DNA of 62,393 nt, from contig MFZO01000044.1 in the NCBI GenBank assembly GCA_001788015.1, forward strand, positions 1 to 62,393, given 5' to 3'. Shown here in pieces: positions 1 to 9,627 of the stretch (positions are counted from its first letter, which is position 1; each line of letters begins with the position of its first letter). A program made the translations under genes and the position numbers. The notes beneath the pieces were generated by a model that was not told where the DNA came from, made no database searches, and saw nothing but the letters and a program-made list of their open reading frames with translations. Source of the DNA: Candidatus Roizmanbacteria bacterium RIFCSPHIGHO2_02_FULL_38_11. Its GTDB lineage: Bacteria; Patescibacteriota; Microgenomatia; UBA1406; GWC2-37-13.

Positions 1-66
1 GATAATTTATCATAGCAAATGTTAGTTGCTAATCTTATCTAGACCCTAATCTATTTTATTCAGAGA

Positions 67-675
67 TTATCTTACTATTGTTCCATCTTTTATCCTGAAT
101 CGAAAAGTTTCGTTGGCAAATATTCCTTGAGCTCCCAATGCAATATAATCTTCAGGCTTCATTTGTCTTCGAGAATAAGATATTACGGGTCTTGCGTCAT
201 ACTCTAGCTGTTCTATAACGTAAGGAATTAACCCATTGTTTGAAGTGATTATTCCATAACTTTCTCCTAGTGCTTGAAAATCACTATAAACATCATCCAT
301 AGCATAATGAGTGCAAGTAAGTACGGGAGCAAATCCTTCAACTCCTTCTGGCGTTTGAGTAAAAACTAAATTTTCTTCGGGTAATATTGCCATTACTACC
401 CGATGTGGATTGGCCTTTACAGCTGCTGCTAATTCTTCAAATAGTCTTGGATATTTTTTTAGAGTTTTATCTAAATTCTGAATTGCTTGAAGGGCTCTAA
501 AATATGTAGTTTGTGTTACAAACTGCCTAAGTTCTGGTCGAGCCTCAATAATTTTTTCTAAATCTTCAATGCCTTCTGCCACTAAATAACTTAAAATCAT
601 TTCAATATGTTGGTCAACAGCCTGTCTTCTCATTGAAAATTGTTCTCCCCTAGAACTATCACCCATCGATTCCAT
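67..675 (-). CDS. hypothetical protein (202 aa)
   Basis: Uninterrupted ORF with no competing frame; I recognise no motif. Confidence 0.5.
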   Translation of the reverse strand: MESMGDSSRGEQFSMRRQAVDQHIEMILSYLVAEGIEDLEKIIEARPELRQFVTQTTYFRALQAIQNLDKTLKKYPRLFEELAAAVKANPHRVVMAILPEENLVFTQTPEGVEGFAPVLTCTHYAMDDVYSDFQALGESYGIITSNNGLIPYVIEQLEYDARPVISYSRRQMKPEDYIALGAQGIFANETFRFRIKDGTIVR

Positions 676-777
676 AGAAATTATTATAGCAAATATATTG
701 TCTTAACAATCTAAATAGTTGAAGCTAGAATCATTATGTCACAAAACATTAGCATTAAGTTAGAGGTTCTAAGTGTC

Positions 778-786
778 TGATATAAT
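778..786 (+). promoter_or_regulatory. extended -10 promoter element (TGaTATAAT), 6 nt upstream of the ATG at 793
   Basis: tgatataat at 778-786, then caggta, then ATG; no Shine-Dalgarno fits in the 6-nt gap. Confidence 0.45.
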
Positions 787-792
787 CAGGTA

Positions 793-1416
793 ATGTTTGA
801 TGTAAAAAAATATAAGTCTTTCATCGTCTCGGTAATAGGAATTACAGTTCTTGGTTTAAGTATTAGTTTGATTTCTTGGAAATACAGATTAGTTACAAGC
901 GGTTTGCCGGGTTATGCTTTAATCATAAATTATCTTACTAATTTGTCGGTGGGCACAGTTCTCTTAATCAGTAATACTTTCATTCTGATATTGGCTTTAC
1001 TTATTGCCGGAAAATCTGCCGGAATAAAAGGGATATTCGGCTATGTTTATTTATCGTTAGTAATCGACGGCTCTAAAAAGTTATTGAACTTATCACAAGT
1101 TTCAACTCCTGTTTTTCCTAAAAACATATTATTTTATATTTTTCAGGGATCAATAGCCGCTTGCGCAATCGCTTTCGTCATTCATAACAATTATAGCTTT
1201 GGAAGTTATAGTTCAATGTTGCCCGTTGTTGATAAATTTGTAAAAATATCTCCGGCTAAATTTATGTTTATTTTGGATTTTATACTTATATTGATTACGA
1301 TTTATTTTTTTGGTTTAGAAAAAGGAGTTTTTCTACTAATAAATGCGACAGCGTTTTTCGTTTCTCTTAGTTACACTCTTAAAATCATTAATAACAAAAA
1401 GAAAAGTTATATTTAA
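793..1416 (+). CDS. YitT-family-like integral membrane protein
   Basis: 207 aa with about 5-6 hydrophobic helices; SGLPGYALIINYL resembles the YitT/DUF161 N-terminal membrane domain. Confidence 0.5.
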   Translation: MFDVKKYKSFIVSVIGITVLGLSISLISWKYRLVTSGLPGYALIINYLTNLSVGTVLLISNTFILILALLIAGKSAGIKGIFGYVYLSLVIDGSKKLLNLSQVSTPVFPKNILFYIFQGSIAACAIAFVIHNNYSFGSYSSMLPVVDKFVKISPAKFMFILDFILILITIYFFGLEKGVFLLINATAFFVSLSYTLKIINNKKKSYI

Positions 1417-1622
1417 TTTTATATCTCTATTTTAAGTAGGTTTTGGAAGTGAAAATTTATTCGATCTTCGGTTATGAAGTTGAGATCGATTGAGACATGT
1501 TTCCTGATTAATTCTTCAAGTAATTTTGCTTTTTTTTAATTTTTCTACCGTAACCTCAACCCGCAACATATGCTTCTGGAGATTTTCCGGAACCGTCTAA
1601 TATTCATAGACTTGTCTTATAT

Positions 1623-2732
1623 TCATATAACTTTTTCCCAAGGGAATTCATTACGGCCAAAGTGGCCGTATACAGCGGTAGGTAGATAGATTGGTCTGCG
1701 AAGATTCAGACCTTCAAGAATTCCCTCAACCGAGGTATCGATAAGTTTTGCGGCAAAGTCTTGGAGAGTTTTTTTTGAGGCGCGTCCTGTTCCAAAAGTT
1801 TCTATTTCTTGCATCACGGGTTTTTTTGCTCCGATGAAATAAGCAAGGTTGACTTCGGCTTTATCTGCAAGTTTATGGGCAACAATATTTTTAGCAATAT
1901 ATCTAGCAGCATATGCTCCAGAGCGATCAACTTTTGTCGGATCTTTACCGCTGAAACATCCGCCACCAACTTTTGCATAACCGCCATATGTGTCAACAAT
2001 AATTTTTCTCCCGGTCACTCCGGTATCCGAAGCCGGTCCGCTTATGTGCCAGACTCCCGTTCCGTTTACAACAAAATCTTTTTCGTTTATTCTGAATCCA
2101 AACTTTTTTAAGACTGGCATCACGACTTTTTTGTACAGGTCGTGTTTAACTTGGGTTAATGGTACTGATTCCTGATGTGGTGCAGCCAGAATGACCGAAG
2201 TTACACGGTACGGTTTGCCGTTTTTGTATTCAATTGTTACTTGTGACTTTCCGTCGGGACGAAGATAGGGAAGCAGCTTTTCTTCGCGGACTTCATCGAG
2301 TCTCATTGTCAATCGATGGGCAAGAACGATTGGAAGGGGCATGAGTTCTTTAGACTCATTGCAAGCATATCCAAACATCATACCTTGGTCTCCGGCGCCT
2401 TTCATATTTACTCCACGGGCAATATCGGGCGATTGTGTATGGATATATATTTCAACCGGTGAGTTAAAGGAGAAATTGAGTATGCCATCGACGTAGCCCA
2501 AACGTTTGATTTGATTTCTTGCCACTTTTCCATAGTCTGCATTAGCTTTTGCAGAGACTTCGCCGGCGATCACAACCCGATTGCGTGTTACAAGTGTTTC
2601 AACCGCAACTCTGCCATATTTATCTTGTTTTAAGACTTCGTCAACGATAGCATCGCTGATCTGGTCGCAAATTTTATCGGGATGTCCTGCGCAGACTGAT
2701 TCCGAGGTAAAAGAATACGAGTTGTTTACCAT
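1623..2732 (-). CDS. metK: S-adenosylmethionine synthetase
   Basis: GHPDKICDQISDAIVD, GAGDQGMMFGYA and DTYGGY motifs; full-length 369 aa. Confidence 0.95.
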   Translation of the reverse strand: MVNNSYSFTSESVCAGHPDKICDQISDAIVDEVLKQDKYGRVAVETLVTRNRVVIAGEVSAKANADYGKVARNQIKRLGYVDGILNFSFNSPVEIYIHTQSPDIARGVNMKGAGDQGMMFGYACNESKELMPLPIVLAHRLTMRLDEVREEKLLPYLRPDGKSQVTIEYKNGKPYRVTSVILAAPHQESVPLTQVKHDLYKKVVMPVLKKFGFRINEKDFVVNGTGVWHISGPASDTGVTGRKIIVDTYGGYAKVGGGCFSGKDPTKVDRSGAYAARYIAKNIVAHKLADKAEVNLAYFIGAKKPVMQEIETFGTGRASKKTLQDFAAKLIDTSVEGILEGLNLRRPIYLPTAVYGHFGRNEFPWEKVI

Positions 2733-2768
2733 AGTCTAAGGTTATATATTCTCAACTGACGATTCTGA

Positions 2769-3266
2769 TTATACCTGTTTTTCCAGAGATTTTTCTATTT
2801 TGCTTTCGTTAATAGGCTTAAGCATCTCCTCTAACTCTTTATCTTGAGACAAGTCTACACCATTTTTTTGCAAATATAGTGTGACTAATTTCATAAGTTT
2901 TGTAACTTCCGATTCGGTAATAATGTCGATTTGAAGATCAATTTCTTCCCGAAGGTCATCAATTTTTGAGGCTCTATTTTGTGAGATCAGTACGAAAATA
3001 GACAGAACGATTGCCTCAAGAGAAACGATTGTTGTCAATAGCCCGAACGGATAAGGGTCAAATGGTTGAATAAAAGGAAAATTGCCGGTATTAATAAATA
3101 GCCAAAAAATAAAAAATACAACATTAAAAAATAAGAATGTCGTACTGCCAAAATGAAATGTCAACCAGTCGGCTATTTTTTCAGCAGGACGGCGTCGAGC
3201 TTTATATTTAGCTTTTAGGCTTCTTATTACATGCCGACTTGTAAAGTCTGAAGTAGTCATAGCCAT
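2769..3266 (-). CDS. DUF1003-like membrane protein
   Basis: 165 aa; two TM helices followed by a coiled C-terminus; PFDPYPFGLLTTIVSLEAI...SQNR pattern typical of DUF1003. Confidence 0.55.
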   Translation of the reverse strand: MAMTTSDFTSRHVIRSLKAKYKARRRPAEKIADWLTFHFGSTTFLFFNVVFFIFWLFINTGNFPFIQPFDPYPFGLLTTIVSLEAIVLSIFVLISQNRASKIDDLREEIDLQIDIITESEVTKLMKLVTLYLQKNGVDLSQDKELEEMLKPINESKIEKSLEKQV

Positions 3267-3328
3267 TGCATAGATTATAACTAATTTATCCAGTATATCC
3301 TTTTCTTTTTAAGCCTTGTATGAAGTAG

Positions 3329-5155
3329 TTAATTTCTGTTTGCCACTCGTCTTTGTACAGTGGAAAGTATTTTTTTTCTTATCCGCAGTGACTGTGGAGT
3401 AACTTCGAGAAGTTCATCTTCATTGATAAAATCGAGAGACTGTTCAAGGCTTAAAACGGTGGGAGGAGTCAGTTGTATCTTTACACCTTCACCAACAGAT
3501 CGGTTATTTGTCAATTTTTTTGCTTTGCAGACATTTACTTCGATATCAAGATTACGACTAGCTACCCCTACAACCATTCCTTCATAAACATCTATACCAG
3601 GACCAACAAATAAGTCTCCCCGTTCTTGCGCGTTGGCTAAGCCGTATGATAAAGAAAGTCCAGGTTTAACAGCCACAAGAGCCCCATTTCTTACCGAATC
3701 TATCTTGTCGCCTTTAGGAAAATAGCCTAGGAAAAACGTATTAAGAGTTGTTGTTCCCCTTGTTTGGGTGACTAAAATACTTCTTACTCCCAGAAGATTA
3801 TTATCAGAGATTTTATATTTTAATTTGACTTCGTTTTTTCTATCATCTGTAACCATATCGAGTAGTTCAGCTTTTCTTCTACCAAATTCTTCAGTAACTT
3901 TTCCCAAATACTCTTTTTGAGTATGGATAACCACTTCTTCATAGGGTTCGTGTACCACTCCGTTTATGGTTTTATAGATTACCTCTGGTTTTGAAACCTG
4001 TAATTCAAATCCCTCTCGGCGCATAGTTTCGACCAGTACTGCAAGATGTAGCTCTCCCCGGCCATGGACTGTGAATTGAGTCGCTTCGGCATCCTGTTGT
4101 ATTTTTAAACCTACGTTGGTTTCTTTTTCTTTAAGTAAGCGTTCTTTAATTTGTCTGGAAGTACCGAATTCACCCTGTTTGCCTGCAAAGGGGCTAGTAT
4201 TTGGCCCGATAGATATTTTAATCGTAGGTTCTTCGACTAATATTTTTGGAAGGCTTACGGGATGGTCTGGGTCGGTAACTGTTTGACCGATAGTAAGGTC
4301 GGGAATTCCAGCTATAGCTACTATATCACCGGAGCTAATCTGATCGACTTCCTTTTTCTGCAAACCCTCGAATGTGTATAGTTTTTGAGCGTTATATGTT
4401 CCAAGTATCTTTCCATCTTCTACCAAGGCAATTTTGTCGTTTTTGTTGAGTTTGCCTTGGGAAATTTTTCCAATACAAAGTTTGCCGACATAATTATCAT
4501 AGTCTAAAGTAGAAATAAGCATTTGAAAAGGTTTATCCTGATTGACGGCAGAATCGGGTACGTCTGCAAGAATGGCATCAAATAAAGGCGTAAGATCGCC
4601 TTTTGTTTGAGGAGAATAATGAGCGGGTAATTCTCGAAAGGCTTTTCCATCTCTTCCCACTGAAAATAGTGTGCGAAAGTGAAGCGAATGTTCATCAGCG
4701 GCTAACTCTAAGAAAAGATTTTCGACTTCGTGAAGTACTTCCTGCGGGCGGGCGTCTTTTTTATCGATTTTGTTGACGATAAGAATAATTTTGAGTTTGG
4801 CTTCGAGCGCTTCTTTGAGGACAAATTTAGTCTGGGGCAGAGGGCCTTCGGCGGCGTCAACTAAAAGAATTGCCCCGCTTGCCATATTGATAGTTCGTTC
4901 TACTTCACCGCCGAAATCCGCATGTCCGGGCGTGTCGATAATGTTGATTTTAGTGTCTTTATAGAATACAGCCGTGTTTTTGGCAAGTATCGTAATGCCT
5001 TTTTCTTTTTCCAGATCGTTAGAATCCATGATCAAAGTTTCACCCATTTCTTTCTGATTCTCCCGAAAAGTGTGGGTTTGTTTTAAGATGGCGTCGACGA
5101 GCGTCGTTTTGCCGTGATCGACATGAGCTATGATGGCAATATTTTTTATTGGCAT
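3329..5155 (-). CDS. typA: translational GTPase TypA/BipA
   Basis: IAIIAHVDHGKTTLVD (G1), DTPGHADFGGEV (G3), NKIDK (G4); 608 aa is typical BipA length. Confidence 0.93.
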   Translation of the reverse strand: MPIKNIAIIAHVDHGKTTLVDAILKQTHTFRENQKEMGETLIMDSNDLEKEKGITILAKNTAVFYKDTKINIIDTPGHADFGGEVERTINMASGAILLVDAAEGPLPQTKFVLKEALEAKLKIILIVNKIDKKDARPQEVLHEVENLFLELAADEHSLHFRTLFSVGRDGKAFRELPAHYSPQTKGDLTPLFDAILADVPDSAVNQDKPFQMLISTLDYDNYVGKLCIGKISQGKLNKNDKIALVEDGKILGTYNAQKLYTFEGLQKKEVDQISSGDIVAIAGIPDLTIGQTVTDPDHPVSLPKILVEEPTIKISIGPNTSPFAGKQGEFGTSRQIKERLLKEKETNVGLKIQQDAEATQFTVHGRGELHLAVLVETMRREGFELQVSKPEVIYKTINGVVHEPYEEVVIHTQKEYLGKVTEEFGRRKAELLDMVTDDRKNEVKLKYKISDNNLLGVRSILVTQTRGTTTLNTFFLGYFPKGDKIDSVRNGALVAVKPGLSLSYGLANAQERGDLFVGPGIDVYEGMVVGVASRNLDIEVNVCKAKKLTNNRSVGEGVKIQLTPPTVLSLEQSLDFINEDELLEVTPQSLRIRKKILSTVQRRVANRN

Positions 5156-5334
5156 ATAAGTAATTTAAATGAAACTAAAGTAAATTAATACCCAACGAAG
5201 CTCAAGTTTAAGTAGAGCGAAGTGGTATTCTTAAGTAGTTAATTATACAACAAATTTGACTGGATTTATCATGAAACTTATTTGAAAGCGAATGCATACT
5301 TATAGATAAGATTAAAAGTTTTTTTAATACCAGA

Positions 5335-5556
5335 ATGCCCAAAATGCTTAGAAAAATAAAGCGTGAATTCAGAAAGAGGTTGAAACTAGTGAAGAAATTT
5401 TCAGACAGAATTGAAGCGGATTTAGCTAGAGAAATACTCGAGGCATATCATATCAACGCCTATCTGTTCCAAAATTATTTTGGACAAGTTACGGCAATAT
5501 TTGTAAATGCTTACGATTATCCAAGAGCCGCCCAAGTCCTCAATCTTGTGAGGTAA
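5335..5556 (+). CDS. hypothetical small protein (73 aa)
   Basis: ORF only; basic N-terminus; no motif. Confidence 0.3.
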   Translation: MPKMLRKIKREFRKRLKLVKKFSDRIEADLAREILEAYHINAYLFQNYFGQVTAIFVNAYDYPRAAQVLNLVR

Positions 5557-5563
5557 AATGTAT

Positions 5564-5863
5564 TTAACCAACAAAACGAATTTCTAGTTTTGTGCTTAAG
5601 GCAGCCGCTAATTTTTTAAGAAATGATACAGTAGGATTAGCCTTACCGGCTTCAAGTCTTGATATAACTGATTGTTTGGTCCCAATTTTTTTAGCAAGTA
5701 TTTCTTGAGTTATACCTTTTTTCATTCTTGCTTCTAACACAGCTTCAATAAGAGCAAATTCTGGTTGTAATTTATCATATTCAGCTTTAAATTTAGGGTC
5801 TTTTAAAGCTTTTCTGTACCAAACTTCAAAATCTAAATGTTTTCTGTCTTCAGGTTTAATCAT
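5564..5863 (-). CDS. XRE-family HTH antitoxin (HigA-like)
   Basis: HTH core ITQEILAKKIGTKQSVISRLEAG; lies 12 nt downstream of the toxin-like ORF on the same strand. Confidence 0.75.
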   Translation of the reverse strand: MIKPEDRKHLDFEVWYRKALKDPKFKAEYDKLQPEFALIEAVLEARMKKGITQEILAKKIGTKQSVISRLEAGKANPTVSFLKKLAAALSTKLEIRFVG

Positions 5864-5875
5864 ATAGCATATATG

Positions 5876-6205
5876 CTATATTATATCTTTAATTCTGTCA
5901 AGTGCAGTTTTTAGTTCTTTATTAGGAGTTTTCTGGGTTTTCTTTTTAAAAGCATGGAGTAAATAATATTTATTATTAAACACGGTATAGAAAATTCTAA
6001 CCGCAACTTTTCCAGAAATTCTTAATTCATAAAGTTTCACTCCCATTTTTTTAGTGTATGGTGGTTTAAGATAAGGTCCATAATCAACTAAAAGTCTAAT
6101 ATAATGTGCAACTTTGGATTGAGTAGGTTTGTCTTGCTCTTCAATAAAATCTTCAACAGGATGATCACCTCTTGGAGTCTGAAAGAATTTTACTTTCCAT
6201 GTCAT
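5876..6205 (-). CDS. RelE/HigB-superfamily toxin (phage Gp49-like, DUF891)
   Basis: 109 aa; RIFYTVFNNKYYLLHAFKKKTQKTP matches the Gp49-like toxin signature; toxin-first order as in higBA. Confidence 0.7.
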   Translation of the reverse strand: MTWKVKFFQTPRGDHPVEDFIEEQDKPTQSKVAHYIRLLVDYGPYLKPPYTKKMGVKLYELRISGKVAVRIFYTVFNNKYYLLHAFKKKTQKTPNKELKTALDRIKDII

Positions 6206-6257
6206 TTACTCACTGTAGCAAGAAAATATTAATGGATATCTGCTAAAATAATTCGAA

Positions 6258-7034
6258 ATGCAAAAAATATTTTTCAAATCAAAAGACGGGCTAAAACTTT
6301 GTGGGGTTTGGCATTTTCTAGATAAACCAACAACTAAAGCAGTCGTATTAGCTCATGGAATGACTGTAGACAAAAACGAAGAAGGAATTATTATAGAGCT
6401 GGCAGAACTGCTTAAAGATAATGGTTTTGCTGTTTTCAGATTTGATTTTAGAGGACATGGTGAGAGTGAAGGAAAATCAGTTGACACAACAATTACAGGC
6501 GAAATAACAGATGTTGAAGGAGCAATAAAGGAAGTTAAACGGCGAGAATACAAAGATATCGGTCTTTTAGGAGCCAGCGTAGGCGGTGGGATTGCCGCAT
6601 TATATACCGAAAAAAATCAAAAGGAACTAAAGTGTCTCTGTTTATGGAATCCTGCTTTAAATTATGACCATACGTTTCTAAATCCAATAACTCCTTGGTT
6701 AAAAGATAGGCACAAAAGTATGATGCACGATTTGAAAACTAAAGGATGGACTACGGTAGGAAGTAGTAAAAAAGTTTATGGGAAAAAAATGTTTGACGAG
6801 ATGGCTGAATTTAAACCTTATAAAGCACTTAAAAATATTTCAATCCCAACAGTCATCATTCACGGAACAAATGACAGATATGTTTCTTATGAAGATTCAA
6901 AAAATTATGCTCAAAATTTAAACAACGGGAAGTTGATGACAATTGAAGGCGCAGAACACGGATTTCACGAGCCGAAACAATATTCGGATAAAGCTAAACA
7001 AGAAACTCTCAAATTCTTTCTTAAGTATTTATGA
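6258..7034 (+). CDS. alpha/beta hydrolase
   Basis: HG oxyanion motif (LAHGMT), nucleophile elbow GASVGG, C-terminal IHGTND and GAEHGF. Confidence 0.8.
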   Translation: MQKIFFKSKDGLKLCGVWHFLDKPTTKAVVLAHGMTVDKNEEGIIIELAELLKDNGFAVFRFDFRGHGESEGKSVDTTITGEITDVEGAIKEVKRREYKDIGLLGASVGGGIAALYTEKNQKELKCLCLWNPALNYDHTFLNPITPWLKDRHKSMMHDLKTKGWTTVGSSKKVYGKKMFDEMAEFKPYKALKNISIPTVIIHGTNDRYVSYEDSKNYAQNLNNGKLMTIEGAEHGFHEPKQYSDKAKQETLKFFLKYL

Positions 7035-7072
7035 ATAAAAACTGACATCTGGGAGTTGATATACTTCTTTTC

Positions 7073-8230
7073 ATGGATAGGAACATAAAGATCGCGTATG
7101 TTTTAACTGTTTTAAAAAACTCCTGGTTTTGGTTAGGGATTTGGGTTTTTTACTACCTGTTATTTACCAATTATGCCGGTATCGGAATAGTAGAAACAGG
7201 GTTAATTGTAGGTATGACCTTAGGTGAAATACCAACCGGAGCAATTGGCGATCTTTTAGGAAAGAAAAAAACGCTAATGATTGCATTCGTATTAATGGCT
7301 ACAGGGTTGTTAGGAGTCGGATTAACAAATAATTTTTTATTTCTTGCAGCTTGGGTTTTTATTGCCGGGATAGGTAATTCCTTTTATTCAGGAACTTTTG
7401 AAGCTCTGGTATATGATTCTTTAAAAGAAATAAAAAAAGAAAAAAATTATGCTAGAGTGATTGCTAACGTAGGGAGTTTACAGTTAATTGCTCCTGCGGT
7501 CGCCGGTTTTCTTGGAGCTTATTTATACTATCTATCACCAAGACTGCCTTTTTTGCTACACGGATTATTTTATTTAATTGGTTTTTTATTTTGTTTATTT
7601 TTGCTTGAACCACAGATAGACAGCGAAAAATTTTCCTGGCAGAGTTTTTTTATTCAAATGAAATACGGATTTAAAGAATTAACGAAGACAGTTGACATTC
7701 GTAACCAAACTCTACTTCTGGTTTCGATCGGAGGCATTGTGGTAATCGCAGATGAGATGCTTAATGCTTTTCTCGGGGTAGAATTCGGTTTTAACGAACA
7801 ACTGGCAGGAATTTTTTGGTCTTCAATCTATATAATTTCTTCATTGAGTTCACAGATGACTCCGAGATTTTTAAAATATTTTGCTGAAAATAAATCGTTA
7901 ATAATAGTAGGTGGATTACTCGCAATATCTTTTATGGTTTCACCATATTTAGGTTTACTGTTAGGGGGAATTTCATTACTGGCTCGTTCGTCACTGCAGG
8001 CGATTTTCATTAACCTGGCATCGGTTTTTATTAACAAAAACACAGAATCAAAATTTAGAGCAACGACTCTTTCTACCTTTAACATGCTAAAAAATATACC
8101 CTATGTTTTGTTTGCCTTTTTCATCGGGTCTCTGGCAGACAAATACTCGGCTAGGTGGATAGCATTTTGGTTAGGAATAATTTTGTTTGGATTATTGTTT
8201 TTTCAAATAAGGAGAAGAGAAAAGCTTTGA
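7073..8230 (+). CDS. MFS transporter
   Basis: 385 aa with about 12 TM helices; GAIGDLLGKKKT loop resembles MFS motif A. Confidence 0.8.
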   Translation: MDRNIKIAYVLTVLKNSWFWLGIWVFYYLLFTNYAGIGIVETGLIVGMTLGEIPTGAIGDLLGKKKTLMIAFVLMATGLLGVGLTNNFLFLAAWVFIAGIGNSFYSGTFEALVYDSLKEIKKEKNYARVIANVGSLQLIAPAVAGFLGAYLYYLSPRLPFLLHGLFYLIGFLFCLFLLEPQIDSEKFSWQSFFIQMKYGFKELTKTVDIRNQTLLLVSIGGIVVIADEMLNAFLGVEFGFNEQLAGIFWSSIYIISSLSSQMTPRFLKYFAENKSLIIVGGLLAISFMVSPYLGLLLGGISLLARSSLQAIFINLASVFINKNTESKFRATTLSTFNMLKNIPYVLFAFFIGSLADKYSARWIAFWLGIILFGLLFFQIRRREKL

Positions 8231-8811
8231 TGCTACTCTCTTGTTATAATAATGAAATGGAATTAGGAAAAATTGTCTATAAGGGAAAAACAAAAAAAGG
8301 CAGGGATATGCTAATTCGTTATCCAAAAAAAAGCGATACTCCAATTCTTTTGGATTATATGAATACGTTATCCAAAGAACGCACTTTTATCCACTTTCAA
8401 GGCGAGCAGTTGAAACTTAAAGAGGAAGAAAAATACATGAATGATTTTTTGAAAAAGATTAAAAAGAATCAAGGGGTAAAGCTTTTGGCATTTATCGGAG
8501 ATAAATTAGTCGGAGTTTCAGACACATATTTGCAGGAAAAAACTGAGAAGCATGTTGGCGTATTCGGAATTACGGTGGCGAAAGAATACCGGGGTGAGGG
8601 AATAGGGAGATTATTAATGAATTTAGTAATAGAAGAAGCAAAAAAATATATAAAAGAACTGAAGATTGTAAGACTTGGATGTTTTGCTAACAATAAAACT
8701 GCATGTGTAATGTATAAAAACTCCGGCTTTAAGGAATACGGTAGATTGCCTGCCGGAATCAGACACAGAGGAGAATTTGTAGATCATGTGTATTTTTATA
8801 AAAATATTTAG
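8230..8811 (+). CDS. GNAT family N-acetyltransferase
   Basis: RGEGIGRLLMNLVIEEA acetyl-CoA motif. I chose the in-frame ATG at 8230, which overlaps the MFS stop as TGATG, over the 8155 start that lies inside the MFS gene. Confidence 0.78.
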   Translation: MLLSCYNNEMELGKIVYKGKTKKGRDMLIRYPKKSDTPILLDYMNTLSKERTFIHFQGEQLKLKEEEKYMNDFLKKIKKNQGVKLLAFIGDKLVGVSDTYLQEKTEKHVGVFGITVAKEYRGEGIGRLLMNLVIEEAKKYIKELKIVRLGCFANNKTACVMYKNSGFKEYGRLPAGIRHRGEFVDHVYFYKNI

Positions 8812-8827
8812 TTGTTAATTGGTAACG

Positions 8828-9523
8828 ATGTTAGAGCAACTTCAAAAAGATCTGCGTAAACTTGCCAACCCGCAAAAAGCTAAAATTCTGCAGAGGTTTT
8901 TTAAGACGGGGAAGGGTGAATATGGAGAAGGTGATGTATTTCTTGGAATAACTGTTCCCGAACAGAGAAAAATAGCAATAAGATTTAAGACTTTAGATTT
9001 AAGAGACATTCAGAAATTGTTAAATAGTAAAATTCATGAAGAACGACTAATCGCTCTTCTTATTCTTTTTGAGAAATATAGAAAAGCAAATGATCTGGAT
9101 AAGAAAAAGGTCTTCGATTTTTATCTAAAAAATTCAAAAAGAATTAATAACTGGGACTTAGTTGATTTATCGGCGCATTTGATTTTAGGGGATTATTTAC
9201 TATATAGAGATAAGTCAGTAGTTTATAGACTCGCCGAATCAAAAAACTTATGGGAGAGAAGAATTGCTGTGCTGACAACGTTCAGGTTTATTAAATATAA
9301 TCAATTCGAGGATTCGTTAAAAATCGGACAGATGCTATTAAAAGACAAACACGACCTGATCCAAAAAGCAGTCGGCTGGATGTTAAGGGAGATTGGGAAA
9401 AGGGATCAGGAAGTTGAGGAAGAGTTTTTGAAAAAATATTATAAAATTATGCCACGTACAATGCTCCGCTATGCCATTGAAAGATTCGATGGAAAGAAAA
9501 AAAAGTTTTATTTAAAAAAATAA
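8828..9523 (+). CDS. DNA alkylation repair protein (AlkD-like HEAT repeat)
   Basis: LANPQKAKILQRFFKTGKGEYGEGDVFLGITVPEQRKIA and WMLREIGKRD are typical of this family; first ATG is at 8828 (a TTG at 8819 is also possible). Confidence 0.75.
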   Translation: MLEQLQKDLRKLANPQKAKILQRFFKTGKGEYGEGDVFLGITVPEQRKIAIRFKTLDLRDIQKLLNSKIHEERLIALLILFEKYRKANDLDKKKVFDFYLKNSKRINNWDLVDLSAHLILGDYLLYRDKSVVYRLAESKNLWERRIAVLTTFRFIKYNQFEDSLKIGQMLLKDKHDLIQKAVGWMLREIGKRDQEVEEEFLKKYYKIMPRTMLRYAIERFDGKKKKFYLKK

Positions 9524-9534
9524 ATTGCAGCTTT

Positions 9535-9615
9535 GTCATTCCGCACTTGATGCGGAATCCAGATTAAATAGATTCCCGCTTTCGCCACGTCAGACGTGGC
9601 TTTCGCGGGAATGAC
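9535..9615. repeat. GTCAT...ATGAC hairpin element (2 modules)
   Basis: GTCATTCCGCActtgaTGCGGAATcc plus ATTCCCGC..GCCACGTCAGACGTGGC..GCGGGAATGAC; the 17-mer GCCACGTCAGACGTGGC recurs at 25670-25686. Confidence 0.75.
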
Positions 9616-9627
9616 AAATAAACAAAT

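Noticed and set aside
1809-2175. Three ORFs of 61-100 aa (1809-2111 +, 1814-1999 -, 1990-2175 +) inside or antisense to metK
   Set aside because: They lie entirely within a strongly supported metK CDS and have odd composition (Cys/Phe/Ser-rich), so they are shadow ORFs.
2733-2768. Looked for a SAM riboswitch upstream of metK
   Set aside because: Only 36 nt separate metK from the upstream gene, which is too short for any SAM riboswitch class.
8155-8229. Longer start for the GNAT gene at 8155
   Set aside because: The extension lies inside the MFS transporter CDS and encodes hydrophobic, out-of-context residues. The ATG at 8230 overlaps the MFS stop (TGATG) and gives a normal GNAT N-terminus.
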